From Vicugna vicugna (lineage: Eukaryota): 64,000 nucleotides of DNA. Below, piece after piece: positions 63,296 through 64,000 of this stretch. The notes below the pieces were generated by a model. The model saw nothing but the letters and a program-made list of their open reading frames with translations, was not told the origin of the DNA and did no database searches. The translations under genes were made by a program, and so were the position numbers. The DNA is taken from the NCBI GenBank assembly GCA_013265495.1, contig MU063141.1, forward strand, positions 9,063,878 through 9,127,877, read 5' to 3'. Position 1 is the stretch's first letter; each line of letters starts with the position of its first letter.

Positions 63296-64000
63296 TTTTT
63301 TAAACTGATAATGAAAACAATGATGCTCACTCAGTGTTTCAAGTTTTTATGTGTCTTGAGTCATTTCAGTTAAGGGGCACCAGTGTCAGTCTCAGAAGGT
63401 CAAATTTTGATCATGGGTTTTTAATGAACAATATGAAGTACTTGCCTTTTCTTTTTAAAGTCATTTAGGAGCAGATCTTTCTTTTGTTTCTTACAGGTTT
63501 TTTTTTTTTTTAATTATTATAGGTTATTTTCTATGTTTTTTTCTGGGTGAGTTGCTGACACAAAAGCCAGCAAGTAAGAAGTCTGTGAGGGGCAGCAAGT
63601 AAAGTCACAACCCAATGAGGGGAGGGGGTCCCCAGAGAAGACTCAGCAAAGGAAAACCTCAGTTCCTTATTCTTTTCTTGCTTTACAAACACCCCGAGCC
63701 AAAGCTATGATGTGCATTTAAATTTTCTTCTGTGGATTGACAGAAAGAAATGAAGACTTACACACAAAAGAAAAAGGTTAATTTAGGTAAAGGAGAAAAG
63801 TGGATTGGGCAAAAGTCAGAAATAGGAGAATTGCTGAAGACAGATGATCATCCAGGAATACAGAAAGATAAACATAAAGATATGCCTAGTGCTTTGTTTT
63901 AAATCTTGGGATCTTGGGGAAGAAGATATTATTTGTTTCATTCTGAAGGCTACAAAAAGGAAGGAGAGATAGATCAAGTGAAAAATTGATAGAGAGAAAT

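Noticed and set aside
1-64000. CRISPR array, prokaryotic operon, viral/ERV internal genes, NUMT, CpG island
   Set aside because: No regularly spaced repeat-spacer array, no dense gene packing, only solo LTRs, and no mitochondrial-like or island-scale CpG-rich sequence were seen.

Overview
This is mammalian nuclear DNA: AT-rich (roughly 38-40% GC by eye), CpG-depleted and repeat-rich. It is very probably from a camelid, based on a tRNA-Ala-derived vic-1-type SINE at ~51.5 kb and several young artiodactyl-type L1 3' ends. I could not recognise any protein-coding exon, RNA gene, CpG island or CRISPR array, so it reads as intronic or intergenic sequence. Interspersed repeats include young L1 fragments (several with clear target-site duplications, TSDs), old L1M, L2, CR1/L3, MIR, solo LTRs (MLT1, MLT2, MER21-like) and DNA-transposon MITEs (MER33, MER5, MER20, MER94, MER103, Charlie4-like, Tigger2-type). 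There are several nested insertions and three N-gaps, all inside young L1 copies. Repeat family names come from recalled consensus similarity, not a search, and boundaries without TSDs are approximate. The listed ORFs are repeat-derived or of chance length. I find no evidence of a novel biological system. The best unexplained features are a perfect 19-bp inverted repeat at 15426-15484 and a few exon-like segments, notably a CpG-retaining minus-strand candidate at 26497-26693.
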